DNA of 64,000 nt from Longimicrobiales bacterium (GCA_965219445.1 CBDCNQ010000002.1:320001-384000); one strand, 5' to 3'; positions 1 to 10,092 are shown, counted from the stretch's first letter. Translations and numbers: made by a program. Notes: a model not told the origin generated them from the letters alone.

Positions 1-13
1 CTACAATGCCGGT

Positions 14-538
14 GTGTCACTGTACCAGGCCGAGGTGTTTGAAAAAGCCGTCATCGGGTTCGAGAAGGCGCTCGAACGAGTGCCCATGTACAGGGATGCG
101 CTTCAAAACTTGGTCCAAAGCCTCAACACGATGGAGGCCTGGGAGGCCCAAATCCCTTATTCGGAGAGGCTCCTCGAGCTGGATCCCCACAACGAATTCG
201 TCTACCAGTTGCATATCCGGGCGCTGGTTCAGGCTGGGCGTCAAGCGGATGGTGTCGCCCTACTCGAGATCATGCAGGCATTACCATTCATCACCGACAA
301 TATCCTGCTTCAGCCGATGGCCGCGGGTGCGAGCGTTTCGGGCGTGGCCGTAAACAAGACGTTGCCGCCGGGCACATCCGTCACGCTGCGCTTCACGTTT
401 TACGACAACGTGGGGAACCCTCTCGGCACCGAAGATACCGAGGTCACGATATCTGACCCTGACGTAGCCCATCAGTTTCAGGTTTCCTTCGAAGCGGACC
501 AGGAGGTTATGGGATATGGCTACGAGTTCGTGAGCTAG
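14..538 (+). CDS. TPR-repeat protein, C-terminal part (probably begins upstream of the window)
   Basis: TPR-like helices (FEKALERVPMYRDALQNL, ERLLELDPHN) followed by a beta-rich domain. Confidence 0.6.
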   Translation: MSLYQAEVFEKAVIGFEKALERVPMYRDALQNLVQSLNTMEAWEAQIPYSERLLELDPHNEFVYQLHIRALVQAGRQADGVALLEIMQALPFITDNILLQPMAAGASVSGVAVNKTLPPGTSVTLRFTFYDNVGNPLGTEDTEVTISDPDVAHQFQVSFEADQEVMGYGYEFVS

Positions 539-545
539 GGCCATC

Positions 546-618
546 GCGGGCGTAGCTCAGTTGGTAGAGCATCAGCTTCCCAAGCTGAGGGTCGCCGGTT
601 CGAGTCCGGTCGCCCGCT
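546..618 (+). tRNA. tRNA-Gly(CCC)
   Basis: Acceptor stem GCGGGCG/CGCCCGC, D-loop AGTTGGTA, anticodon stem TCAGC/GCTGA with loop TTCCCAA, T-loop GGTTCGAGTCC; CCA not encoded. Confidence 0.95.
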
Positions 619-663
619 TAGAGGGAAAAGGCATAGCTTAACAACTCCCTTCCAGGAATTGGA

Positions 664-1827
664 ATGATGGTGGGCCACGGCAGCGCGTTCGGCATATTGA
701 TGGGCGTAGGAATTGGAACGCTCTTCCTCCTTCCAGCCCACGCTTCGGCACAAAGGGGAGTTGATCCACCGGACCCGTGTAGCACAAACGTCCTTTACCT
801 GTCGGTGTTGGAGGGCCTGATTGCTTGCGCCGAGCAGGGGGACGCCGGAGACCAACACACGCTTGGACTGATGTACGCCAATGGTAATGGCGTCGCGGAG
901 AACGATGCGGAAGCGGTCCGATGGTTTCGGATGGCCGCCCAGCAAGGACGTGCTTCCGCCCAGCACAACCTTGGACTGATGTACGCCGAGGGTGACGGCG
1001 TTTCCGAAGACGATGGGGAAGCCGTACGCTGGTATCGACAAGCTGCCGAGCAAGGATATGCTCCAGCCCAGGGAGCCCTTGGAGTGATGTACGACAACGG
1101 TGACGGTGTCCCCCAAGACAATGCAGAGGCCATACGCTGGTATCGGCTTTCCGCCGAGCAGAGGTTCGCGGCAGCCCAGTTCAACCTTGGAGTGATGCAC
1201 GAGCAAGGTGACGGCGTCCCGGAGGACGATGGGGAAGCCGTACGCTGGTATCGGCTTGCCGCCGAGCAGGGGTTTGATGAAGCTCAGTTCAACCTTGGAG
1301 TGATGTACGAGCGTGGTGACGGCGTCTCCGAGGACGCTGCCGAGGCCGTACGCTGGTATCGGTTAGCAGCTGGGCAAGCGTATGCTCCAGGCCAGTACAA
1401 CCTTGGAGTGATGTACGCCGCGGGTACCGGCGTCCCGGAGGACGATGGGGAAGCCGTACGCTGGTACCAGCAAGCTGCCGAGCAAGGGTATGCTTTGGCC
1501 CAGTTCAACCTTGGAGTGATGTATAGCCGGGGTGAAGGTGTCCCCGAGGACGATGTCGAGGCCGTACGCTGGTATCGGTTAGCTGCTGAGCAGGGGGATG
1601 CTTTAGCCCAGACCAACCTTGGATTGATGTACGCCAATGGAGACGGCGTCCCGGGGGACCTCGTCTTCGCCTATATGTGGTTCTACCTCTCCGCAGCTCA
1701 AGGAAACGAGACTGCGCAGCGCAACCATGAAGCGATCGAGCAGTCGATGACTCGTGCACAAATCGCCGAAGCGCAAGGGCTTACCCGGGAGTGGATAGCG
1801 ACGCATCCCCAGGACAGGGGCAACTGA
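664..1827 (+). CDS. Secreted Sel1-like repeat protein (8 x 36-aa repeats)
   Basis: Signal peptide, then repeats of AQFNLGVMYxxGxGVPEDxxEAVRWYRLAAEQG. Confidence 0.92.
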   Translation: MMVGHGSAFGILMGVGIGTLFLLPAHASAQRGVDPPDPCSTNVLYLSVLEGLIACAEQGDAGDQHTLGLMYANGNGVAENDAEAVRWFRMAAQQGRASAQHNLGLMYAEGDGVSEDDGEAVRWYRQAAEQGYAPAQGALGVMYDNGDGVPQDNAEAIRWYRLSAEQRFAAAQFNLGVMHEQGDGVPEDDGEAVRWYRLAAEQGFDEAQFNLGVMYERGDGVSEDAAEAVRWYRLAAGQAYAPGQYNLGVMYAAGTGVPEDDGEAVRWYQQAAEQGYALAQFNLGVMYSRGEGVPEDDVEAVRWYRLAAEQGDALAQTNLGLMYANGDGVPGDLVFAYMWFYLSAAQGNETAQRNHEAIEQSMTRAQIAEAQGLTREWIATHPQDRGN

Positions 1828-1882
1828 GCAGAAGGCCCTCGGTAGACCGAATTGCGCCACCGGAACCCCATGGAGACGCCCA

Positions 1883-2302
1883 GTGCGAGGATCTATTGAC
1901 ACAGCACTCACGGCTGTCGGCATTTCTCTCTTAGTCGGCTGCAGTGACCCAGTAACTCCGGAGACGGTCGCCGGAACCTATGTGGCGACCACCTTTACTC
2001 TGTCCGGCGCAGTCACAGAGGACGTGCTGGAGGCCGGCGGCAGCCTCACCATTACTTTCGATGCGGGCGGCACGACGTCCGGGAGTCTCTTCCTGCCCGC
2101 CACCTCGTCGGCCAGCGAAGGGGTGGATTTCACTGCAGATATGGCCGGGACGTTCGACCTGACGGACGACGATCGCATCCGCATGGCTCAGGACGCTGAC
2201 AGCTTCGTGCGGGTCCTCAGGTGGAAGGTGGACGGTAATCTGATAAGTGGTAGCAACACGGTTGCGGGTGTGACGGTTACGGTTGTTCTGAGTCGCCAGT
2301 GA
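1883..2302 (+). CDS. Hypothetical lipoprotein
   Basis: Lipobox LLVGC followed by a beta-rich domain. Confidence 0.65.
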   Translation: MRGSIDTALTAVGISLLVGCSDPVTPETVAGTYVATTFTLSGAVTEDVLEAGGSLTITFDAGGTTSGSLFLPATSSASEGVDFTADMAGTFDLTDDDRIRMAQDADSFVRVLRWKVDGNLISGSNTVAGVTVTVVLSRQ

Positions 2303-2328
2303 GAGGGCTCAGCCGGAATCGGGATACT

Positions 2329-3699
2329 CTAAAGGTCGGCCGCTCCGGCCATCCAGCCCGTCATACCATCCGATGATTGCACGTAGAGGTACCCCTCGTA
2401 GCTGCCCAGCACGGCGACATCTGTTCCCGCCTCGACGTCTTCCATCACTGGCGCGATAGGGCTCGGGGAACTGAACAACACGGATCCGCTCTCGACGAAC
2501 TGGTTTCGGAGGGGCTGAACAACCGCCTCCGTCAATCGAGCGGCGACGAAACCGCCCTGACCATTTGGAAGCCGGACGCGATACCAGGACCCCGAGGCGG
2601 CCAGGACACGCAGCGGCGTGGATTCCTCGAGTTCGGCGACGACCTCCGTGCGGGTACTGGGCCCCTCTCTCAGATGAATGCCGCCGTTGACCGTTCGGGT
2701 CCAGGCCCCGACGTACTCCAGTGGAGCGGATGGATCCGGCAGCACCTGCGGCGGCTGAAAGAGATAATAGTACGGATCGACCGAGCCCTGCCGGCGGATG
2801 TAGACGCCGAAGTGGAGATGGGGCGGAGTCGTGCGAGCGTTGCCGGTGTTGCCCACGAAGCCCAAGAGTGTTCCGCGCTGGACATCCATCCCGTCTCGCA
2901 CGACCTGACTGTCGAGGTGGGCGTAGTAGGTCCGGGTCACCTGGTCGGAGTCTCGCACCCAGACCACCTTCCCGCCGATGCGTGTGGTCTCGACCCTGTA
3001 AACCCGCCCGTTGGTCCCGGACAGGACCGGAGTCCCGCGGGGTGCGAAGATGTCGACACCGCGATGATCTCGGCTGCCACCGTCCCGAGAGTCACCGTAG
3101 AAGCTCAAGACGGCTCTCGTGTCCCGCTCGGCCACGGGAAAAGCGATCGACGCGGCAACGCGAAGCTCGATCCGATACCGGCCCCCGTGGAGGAGCTCCG
3201 GTTGCATTCGCACGACGTATTCGGCTCGCCGTGTGGAGACATACTCGAGAGCCTCGGTGAGGGAACCGGAGGACAGGACCGGGAAGGGACTGCTGGAGGC
3301 ATCCTCCGGCATCCGGTACACGTCGATGAACATCCGAAACGGATCTCCTCCGTCCAGGTCCGCTTCGATGGAGAGCCGTTGGCCGCGCCTCAGCTCGACG
3401 CGATAGCTACGAGCCTCGGGGGTCTCGGCAAATAGGAAGCCCTCCTCTTCGAAGGGAAGCGCGATGGTCGGGGCGTCCCTCAGAGATCGCACGGCGGCAC
3501 TCGCCCACTGCGTACCCAGAGCGGTCTCTGTGAGCTTCACGGCACGCAGAGATTCCATGTAGGCTTCGTGAGGGGTCTGGTCACGAAGCTTATTCTGGAT
3601 CTGATCCACCTGATCGCACGCGTTCAACGCAAGAGCGGCCAGGCACACCAAGGCCGTCCATCCCGAGCACGGAGCGTTCACGTTCCTCAGAGGCTTCAT
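2329..3699 (-). CDS. M23 family metallopeptidase with C-terminal SH3 domains (lipoprotein)
   Basis: HRGVDIFA, YAHL and PHLHF motifs; SH3b-like LREGPST...WYRVRLPNGQGGFV; lipobox LNAC; alternative start at 3762. Confidence 0.88.
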   Translation of the reverse strand: MKPLRNVNAPCSGWTALVCLAALALNACDQVDQIQNKLRDQTPHEAYMESLRAVKLTETALGTQWASAAVRSLRDAPTIALPFEEEGFLFAETPEARSYRVELRRGQRLSIEADLDGGDPFRMFIDVYRMPEDASSSPFPVLSSGSLTEALEYVSTRRAEYVVRMQPELLHGGRYRIELRVAASIAFPVAERDTRAVLSFYGDSRDGGSRDHRGVDIFAPRGTPVLSGTNGRVYRVETTRIGGKVVWVRDSDQVTRTYYAHLDSQVVRDGMDVQRGTLLGFVGNTGNARTTPPHLHFGVYIRRQGSVDPYYYLFQPPQVLPDPSAPLEYVGAWTRTVNGGIHLREGPSTRTEVVAELEESTPLRVLAASGSWYRVRLPNGQGGFVAARLTEAVVQPLRNQFVESGSVLFSSPSPIAPVMEDVEAGTDVAVLGSYEGYLYVQSSDGMTGWMAGAADL

Positions 3700-3840
3700 C
3701 TTGATACGGCCCTCTACATCAATTCGGTTAAAGGATCTATTCGGACGGTGGGTAACTTTCATCGCCTTCTACAAAAATTCAACCGTATCCACGAAATTCC
3801 TATAACTTCGGTCCTTCCCCTCGCTCCACGGTGCAATCCC

Positions 3841-5112
3841 TTGGTACGAATCGCTGGAATAGAATCCGGTAGCGTCGCCGAAGATCTCCACTTGGAGATC
3901 GGTACGCGCATCATCCGAATCAACGGGCAACGAGTGCGCGACGGCATCGACCTCACGTTCCTCCTGGCCGACACGAAGCTCGAGCTTGAGACGTTGGGCC
4001 CCGAAGGTCAAGCGGCCCTTTACGACATCGAGCGAGAGCCGGGCGAACCGGTCGGAATTATCCCGGCCCCGGACACGATTCGGGAGTGCGGGAACAAGTG
4101 TGTCTTCTGTTTCATCGATGGAAATCCGCAAGACGTGCGGGAGAGCCTGTGGCTGCGTGACGACGACTTCCGTCTTTCCTTTACGTACGGAAACTACGTG
4201 ACGCTGACGAACCTGGGCCCGAAAGGGCTGGAGCGTCTGGTGGAGCAGCGTATCAGTCCGCTCTACGTGAGCGTCCATGCCACGGAGCCCGAGGTCCGGA
4301 TCCGACTGTTGGTCAACGATCGCGCGGGTTTGATCATGGAGCAGCTTCGCTACCTGACCGACAATGGTTTGGACGTTCACACACAAGTCGTGCTTTGTCC
4401 GGAATGGAACGATGGGGCGCATCTGGACCGGTCCATGGAGGACCTCCACGGCCTCGGTGAGGGCGTCCTGTCGCTCTCGGTGGTGCCCGTTGGACTCACG
4501 AAGTACAACCTCGGGCGTCCCGTCCGCCCACTCACGAGAGACGAGGCCCGGGGCGCCATCGAACAGGTGGACCGATTCCGTGAAACGGCGATGCGGGACC
4601 GTGGTATCGGTTGGTGTTACGCGGCGGATGAGCTCTATCTGATCGCCCAGCAGGACCTTCCGGAAGACGCTTACTACGACGAGGGAGCTCTGACCGAGAA
4701 CGGCGTGGGGGCGCTCAACGGTTTCATGCGCCAGTTCGAGGAAGGCTTGGACGGCGTCCCCGAACTCCCGTACCGGAGAATACGAGTCGTCACAGGGCGT
4801 TCGATGGCACCCTTCTTCCAGGAAAGGGCAGAGCGGCTCGCTGAGGCGACCCATGCTGAGATAGACGTAGTCACGGTCGTGAACGACTTCTACGGAGAAA
4901 GTGTGACAGTCGCGGGACTCCTTTCCGGTGGCGATATCCAGGCGAGCCTGGGCGAGCCCGCGGCAGACGAACTGCTTCTTCTTCCCGCAGAGGCAGTCAA
5001 CGCGGACGGGCTGTTCATCGACAGCATGCCGTTGAGCGAACTGACGACTGCCTTGTCTCCCGCCGCGGTCGTGACCGGCTACGAGATCACCGAGTGCCTC
5101 AAGGGTCTTTAA
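3841..5112 (+). CDS. DUF512 radical-SAM-like Fe-S protein with N-terminal PDZ domain
   Basis: CGNKCVFCFID, DDDFRLSF, GNYVTLTN, SPLYVSVH motifs; directly upstream of der; TTG start inferred. Confidence 0.85.
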   Translation: MVRIAGIESGSVAEDLHLEIGTRIIRINGQRVRDGIDLTFLLADTKLELETLGPEGQAALYDIEREPGEPVGIIPAPDTIRECGNKCVFCFIDGNPQDVRESLWLRDDDFRLSFTYGNYVTLTNLGPKGLERLVEQRISPLYVSVHATEPEVRIRLLVNDRAGLIMEQLRYLTDNGLDVHTQVVLCPEWNDGAHLDRSMEDLHGLGEGVLSLSVVPVGLTKYNLGRPVRPLTRDEARGAIEQVDRFRETAMRDRGIGWCYAADELYLIAQQDLPEDAYYDEGALTENGVGALNGFMRQFEEGLDGVPELPYRRIRVVTGRSMAPFFQERAERLAEATHAEIDVVTVVNDFYGESVTVAGLLSGGDIQASLGEPAADELLLLPAEAVNADGLFIDSMPLSELTTALSPAAVVTGYEITECLKGL

Positions 5113-5163
5113 GCACGGCGATGTACGAGCGCGACGACACGTGGGTTAAGGACGGCGCGGGCG

Positions 5164-6507
5164 ATGAGTAAGGGCGGGCAGGCGAGCGGGCAGGCCAAGG
5201 GGATTCCGGTCGTCGCGGTCGTGGGCCGGCCCAACGTGGGCAAATCCACGTTTTTCAACCGGGTGATCGGCGGTCGCGTGGCTATCGTCGACGGCCGTCC
5301 GGGGGTCACCCGTGACCGAAACTTTGCGAAGGCCGATTGGGCGGGACGCCGCTTCTTCCTTGTCGATACGGGAGGAATTATCGAGGGAAGTGTCGAACCG
5401 CTGGACCGGGCGATCCGGGAGCAGGCCTATGCCGCGGTCCAGGAAGCGGACGTGATCCTTTTTCTCGTGGACGGCGAGGCCGGGATCCACCCACTCGACG
5501 AGCGCTTGGCAGGGATCCTCCGGAAGAGTGGTCCACCGGTGCTCCTGGTCGTCAACAAGATGGACAACCTCCCACGCGACTCTGGGCATCTGGATTTCTG
5601 GAGGCTGGGGATGGGCGATCCCTTGCCCGTGAGCGCCATCTCGGGAAAGGGCTCAGGCGACCTGCTCGACGCCATCGTCGCCAAGCTTCCCGAACACCGG
5701 GACACTCCGGAGGAGGAGGGTGTGATCCGGGTCGCGGTCGTCGGCAAGCCCAACGTGGGCAAATCGAGTTTCGTGAACCGGCTCTTCGGTGAAGAGCGAA
5801 CGGTGGTCAGCGAAGTCGCCGGAACGACGCGGGATCCGGTGGACAGCCAAATGCAGTATCACGACAATACAATCGTTTTCGTGGACACGGCCGGCTTGCG
5901 CCGCCAGTCAAAGGTGAAGGACTCCCTCGAGTATTATTCCGCCCTCCGGACGGCCAAAGTCGTGAGGGAGACCGACGTGTGCCTGGTCCTCGTCGATGCC
6001 ACGGAGCCGATCCACGTGCAGGACGTCAAGGTGGTGGAGCAGGCCTGGGAGGCGGGCGCCGGCGTCATTCTGGTCGCCAACAAATGGGACCTGGTCGACA
6101 AGGACCATATGACGGCGGCCCAGTTCGAAAAGGATCTCCGCCTGCGGGCTCCATTCCTCAAGTGGGTGCCTGTCGTGTTCACGTCGGCCCTGTCGGGCCA
6201 GCGCGTCCGGAAATGCCTCGACCTGATCCTCGAGGTTCAAGATGTGCGGCACGAACGCATCCCGACGGCTGAGGTCAATCAGGCGCTCGCAGCGCTGCTG
6301 CGACATCAGCCCCCACCTCATAGCAGGGGTCGCCGAGTGAAGCTTCGGTACGGCACACAGGTATCCACGGCGCCCCCCACGTTCGTGTTCTTCGCCAATC
6401 TCCCGAAGGCCCTGCCCGAGCACTACATTCGCTACGTCCACAACAGCCTCCGTGACCGTTGGGGATTCGTGGGGAGTCCTGTACGGGTTCGCTTCAGGGA
6501 GAACTGA
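5164..6507 (+). CDS. der: Ribosome biogenesis GTPase Der (EngA)
   Basis: Two G domains (GRPNVGKS/DTGG/NKMD and GKPNVGKS/DTAG/NKWD) plus KH-like C-terminus. Confidence 0.97.
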   Translation: MSKGGQASGQAKGIPVVAVVGRPNVGKSTFFNRVIGGRVAIVDGRPGVTRDRNFAKADWAGRRFFLVDTGGIIEGSVEPLDRAIREQAYAAVQEADVILFLVDGEAGIHPLDERLAGILRKSGPPVLLVVNKMDNLPRDSGHLDFWRLGMGDPLPVSAISGKGSGDLLDAIVAKLPEHRDTPEEEGVIRVAVVGKPNVGKSSFVNRLFGEERTVVSEVAGTTRDPVDSQMQYHDNTIVFVDTAGLRRQSKVKDSLEYYSALRTAKVVRETDVCLVLVDATEPIHVQDVKVVEQAWEAGAGVILVANKWDLVDKDHMTAAQFEKDLRLRAPFLKWVPVVFTSALSGQRVRKCLDLILEVQDVRHERIPTAEVNQALAALLRHQPPPHSRGRRVKLRYGTQVSTAPPTFVFFANLPKALPEHYIRYVHNSLRDRWGFVGSPVRVRFREN

Positions 6508-6512
6508 TCCAC

Positions 6513-7190
6513 ATGAGCCCCTTCGTGCTCCTGGCTCTGGCGTACGGTGCCGGCGCGACGCCGACGAGCTTCTGGCTGGGGCGAGTCGTGTACGGGGTGG
6601 ATCTACGCACGGAGGGGAGTGGCAACCTCGGAGGCACCAACGCCTTCCGGGTGCTCGGGTGGAAGGCGGCGCTTCCGGTGATGCTGGTCGACATCGGGAA
6701 GGGATGGCTCCCGGTCTGGTATTTTCCGCAAATCCAGCCCGCGACGTCCCCGTCGACCTGGGCTCTGGCCTATGGTGGAGCGGCGGTCCTCGGACACGTC
6801 TTTTCGTTTTGGGTGGCGTTCAAGGGGGGGAAGGGAATCGCGACGAGCGGCGGTGTCGTCCTGGGCCTCGCGCCCGTCGCGGTGGCCGTGTGCCTCGGAG
6901 TATGGCTCGGCGTCGTCTCGCTGACGCGCATCGTCTCGTTGGCCTCGTTGAGCGCGGCGCTCACCTTGCCCGTAGTCGTCTATCTGCTGCCGGGGCGAGA
7001 GGGAAGGACCATGGTTTGGTTCGCGGGCGCCCTCAGTGTTTTCGTGGTCTGGTCGCACCGCTCGAACATCAAACGCCTCCTGCGTGGGGAAGAGACCTCC
7101 TTCCGGAAGGCCGAGCCGGAGCACGCTCCAGAGCGTGGGCCTGAACCTGGTCCCGAGCGTGGTCCTGAGCCAGGTGAAAACCGGGCGTGA
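6513..7190 (+). CDS. plsY: Glycerol-3-phosphate acyltransferase PlsY
   Basis: DLRTEGSGNLGGTN, FKGGKGIAT, HRSNIKRLL motifs. Confidence 0.95.
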   Translation: MSPFVLLALAYGAGATPTSFWLGRVVYGVDLRTEGSGNLGGTNAFRVLGWKAALPVMLVDIGKGWLPVWYFPQIQPATSPSTWALAYGGAAVLGHVFSFWVAFKGGKGIATSGGVVLGLAPVAVAVCLGVWLGVVSLTRIVSLASLSAALTLPVVVYLLPGREGRTMVWFAGALSVFVVWSHRSNIKRLLRGEETSFRKAEPEHAPERGPEPGPERGPEPGENRA

Positions 7191-8194
7191 GCCGCGTCGC
7201 AGTGGTGGGCGCGGGAAGCTGGGGAACGGCGCTTTCGGCTATCCTCTCAAAAAAAGGGCACGACGTGTACCTGTGGGCCTTCGAGCCCGAAGTGGCTGAG
7301 CAGATTACCCGGAGCAGGGAGAATGTCTCATACATGCCCGGCATCCACCTTCCCGAAAACCTGAAAAGCACGACGGATCTGGCGACGGCCGTTCGGGGAG
7401 CCGAAATCGTCGTATCGGTGAGCCCCGCCCAGTTCGTGGGAGCCGTGATGACAAAAGCGGCTCCTCATATCGAAGAGGAGGCCCTGGTCGTCAGCGCCTC
7501 GAAGGGCATCGAACTAACGACGCTCCGCCGAATGGACGAGGTCATGACGGACATTCTGAGCCCTACACAATTCGACGGATTCACGGTGCTCTCGGGACCC
7601 AGCTTCGCCTTGGAGGTCGCAAAGCAGATTCCGACCGCCGTGGTTGCGGCGAGCGACAGCGCAGATGCCGCGTTGGCCGTGCAAGACTTGTTTCAGACCG
7701 AATGTTTCCGCGTGTACACCGGAAGTGATGTCATTGGCGTGGAGCTAGGCGGGGCACTGAAGAACGTCATCGCGCTCGCAGCAGGACTCGCGGCCGGCCT
7801 TGGGTGTGGCCATAACACGCTTGCCGCGCTCATCACGCGTGGCCTCGCGGAGATGCGCCGTCTCGGCGTCGCCATGGGTGCCCAGGCGTCGACGTTTTCA
7901 GGCCTCGCGGGCATGGGTGACCTCGTCCTCACCTGCACTGGGACTTTGAGCCGAAACCGCACGGTCGGCTGTCGTCTCGGTCAGGGAGAGACCCTCGAGA
8001 GCATCCTCGGGGAAATGTCGGCTGTCGCGGAGGGGGTCGCGACCGCGCACGCTGTACATGATCTCGCCGCCCAGTATGGGGTAGAGATGCCGATCGCCGA
8101 AGAGGTGTTCGGAATATTGACCCTGGGCACCGATCCGAAGCGGGCGATCAAGAACCTCATGGAGAGAGATCCCAGGCCTGAAGACTCCTTTTGA
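7187..8194 (+). CDS. gpsA: NAD(P)H-dependent glycerol-3-phosphate dehydrogenase
   Basis: GAGSWGTAL, LSGPSFA, GGALKNVIA, GDLVLTC..SRNR motifs. Confidence 0.96.
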   Translation: MSRVAVVGAGSWGTALSAILSKKGHDVYLWAFEPEVAEQITRSRENVSYMPGIHLPENLKSTTDLATAVRGAEIVVSVSPAQFVGAVMTKAAPHIEEEALVVSASKGIELTTLRRMDEVMTDILSPTQFDGFTVLSGPSFALEVAKQIPTAVVAASDSADAALAVQDLFQTECFRVYTGSDVIGVELGGALKNVIALAAGLAAGLGCGHNTLAALITRGLAEMRRLGVAMGAQASTFSGLAGMGDLVLTCTGTLSRNRTVGCRLGQGETLESILGEMSAVAEGVATAHAVHDLAAQYGVEMPIAEEVFGILTLGTDPKRAIKNLMERDPRPEDSF

Positions 8195-8231
8195 GGAAGC
8201 AGTTGCCCAAGATCGAATTCGCACCGCGAAC

Positions 8232-8297
8232 TAGAGAGGATTGGATACGCAGAGAGAATTGACGCCGAGAGGTTGACGCAGAGAGGATTGAATACGC
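8232..8297 (+). repeat. Four imperfect tandem 14-18 bp repeats (GAGAG(G/A)ATTG..ACGC) upstream of the MerR gene
   Basis: agagaggattggatacgc / agagagaattgacgc / cgagaggttgacgc / agagaggattgaatacgc. Confidence 0.75.
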
Positions 8298-8675
8298 ATG
8301 GACACGGACGAACCCATCGCAAAAAAGGCGTACTACTCGATCGGTGAGGTCTGCGATCTGACCGGTTTGAAGCCACACGTCCTACGCTACTGGGAGACCC
8401 AGTTCGAGCTTCTTCACCCTACGAAGAACCGAGCCGGCAATAGGGTCTTCCGCCCCAAAGAGATCGAGTTGATCCTTCTCGTCAAGCACCTCCTTTACGA
8501 AAGGAAGTTCACGATCGACGGCGCTCGGCAACGGCTCTTGGACATGCGAAAGGGCGGTGAAATTGCCGAGGGCGGAAGAGACGCTGTGAGCAGGGATTTC
8601 CTCACGGGCATGAAGCAGGAGCTGCTACAAGTGAAGGAGGTATTGGCCGCGCCGCCCAGTCGTCTGAATTCCTGA
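8298..8675 (+). CDS. MerR family transcriptional regulator
   Basis: YYSIGEVCDLTGLKPHVLRYWE HTH motif. Confidence 0.92.
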   Translation: MDTDEPIAKKAYYSIGEVCDLTGLKPHVLRYWETQFELLHPTKNRAGNRVFRPKEIELILLVKHLLYERKFTIDGARQRLLDMRKGGEIAEGGRDAVSRDFLTGMKQELLQVKEVLAAPPSRLNS

Positions 8676-9424
8676 TGCGAATTCTCTGCACCAACGACGA
8701 CGGATACCTGGCAGTAGGCATTGGGGTCCTCGCCTCCGCAGCCAAAGGGCTCGGTTCGGTTACCCTCGTGGCTCCGGACCGGGAGCAGAGCGCAACCAGC
8801 AACTCGCTCACGCTCCATCATCCGCTGCGCGTGCGCCGTTCGGTGGACGGAGCCCTGGTCGTGGATGGGACGCCGACGGACTGTGTCATCCTTGCGATCA
8901 ACGAACTCATGGACCGGCGCCCGGACTACTGCTTCTCCGGGATCAACCACGGGGCCAATATGGGGGAGGACGTTCTCTACTCGGGGACGGTGGCGGGGGC
9001 GATGGAAGCCACGGTGATCGGCATCCCGTCGATCGCGATTTCCTACGCTGGTGATGCGTTCGAGAACCTGGCCTCCTGGGAGGACGTGGTCACCTCTGTG
9101 CTCCGTGGAATCATCGAAAGAGACGACTTTCCGGCCGACACTTTTTTCAACGTCAATCTCCCCCCGATCGATCCGGCGCAGGTCAAGGGCGTACGAATCA
9201 CGTCGCTCGGTAAGCGGCGATACAGCGACAGCTTGACCAAGGCCGTCGATCCGTCCGGCCGGGATTACTACTGGATCGGGGGTGGAGAAGTCAGCTGGAC
9301 GGTGGCGGAGGATTCCGACTTCACGGCCATCCGAGAGGGGTACGTCTCGGTCACCCCACTCCACCTCGATCTCACCAACTACAAGCTCCTCGAGGAGATC
9401 CGCGGATGGCGGTTGAGCCTCTAG
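8675..9424 (+). CDS. surE: 5'/3'-nucleotidase SurE
   Basis: ILCTNDDG, VAPDREQS, SGINHGANMG, YSGTV motifs. Confidence 0.97.
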   Translation: MRILCTNDDGYLAVGIGVLASAAKGLGSVTLVAPDREQSATSNSLTLHHPLRVRRSVDGALVVDGTPTDCVILAINELMDRRPDYCFSGINHGANMGEDVLYSGTVAGAMEATVIGIPSIAISYAGDAFENLASWEDVVTSVLRGIIERDDFPADTFFNVNLPPIDPAQVKGVRITSLGKRRYSDSLTKAVDPSGRDYYWIGGGEVSWTVAEDSDFTAIREGYVSVTPLHLDLTNYKLLEEIRGWRLSL

Positions 9425-10092
9425 ACGAGCGCAGTTTCGCCGGATACCGGCGGAAGCTCATAGAGCAGATCCGCGGGCGGGGGATCGACGATCTGGCGAT
9501 CCTTCAGCTCTTCGATCACGTTCCCCGGCATCTTTTCCTGCCCGAGGGCGTGTGGCCCAGGGCCTACGAAGATGCACCGATCCCGATCGGATACGGTCAG
9601 ACAGCGTCCCAACCGTCGCTTCAGGCCCTTTACCTCTCGCTCCTCGACATCACCCCCGACGACAGGGTGCTGGAAATCGGGACGGGGAGCGGCTTCCTCA
9701 CGGGCCTGCTGGCGCTCACGGCCGACCGTGTCTACTCGGTCGAGCGGATCCGAGAACTCTCTGTTCGGGCGCGGGCCGCGCTGGACCAGATGGGGGTCAA
9801 GAACGTTGCGCTGATGGTGGGGGACGGCACGATCGGCTGGCGGAAGTATGCCCCATTCGACGTCATCGTGGTCTCGGCCGCGTCTCCCTCCGTACCGCCG
9901 GCACTCATCGACCAGTTGGCCGAGGGCGGGCGCATGCTCATCCCGGTTGGAACTCGAGAGCGGCAGGAATTGGTGCTGGTCCGGCGGGAGGACGGTGAAA
10001 TCCATCAGGAATTCCTTCACGGCGAATGCACCTTCGTACCCCTTCTCGGGCGCTTCGCGTGGGCCTCGGACACGTCGGAGGACGCCACTTGA
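9406..10092 (+). CDS. pcm: Protein-L-isoaspartate O-methyltransferase
   Basis: VPRHLF, AYEDAPIPIGYGQT, VLEIGTGSG; follows surE. Confidence 0.95.
   Translation: MAVEPLDERSFAGYRRKLIEQIRGRGIDDLAILQLFDHVPRHLFLPEGVWPRAYEDAPIPIGYGQTASQPSLQALYLSLLDITPDDRVLEIGTGSGFLTGLLALTADRVYSVERIRELSVRARAALDQMGVKNVALMVGDGTIGWRKYAPFDVIVVSAASPSVPPALIDQLAEGGRMLIPVGTRERQELVLVRREDGEIHQEFLHGECTFVPLLGRFAWASDTSEDAT

Noticed and set aside
838..1701. Regular 108-bp repeats as a CRISPR array
   Set aside because: In-frame Sel1 coding repeats; no unique spacers and no cas genes in the window.
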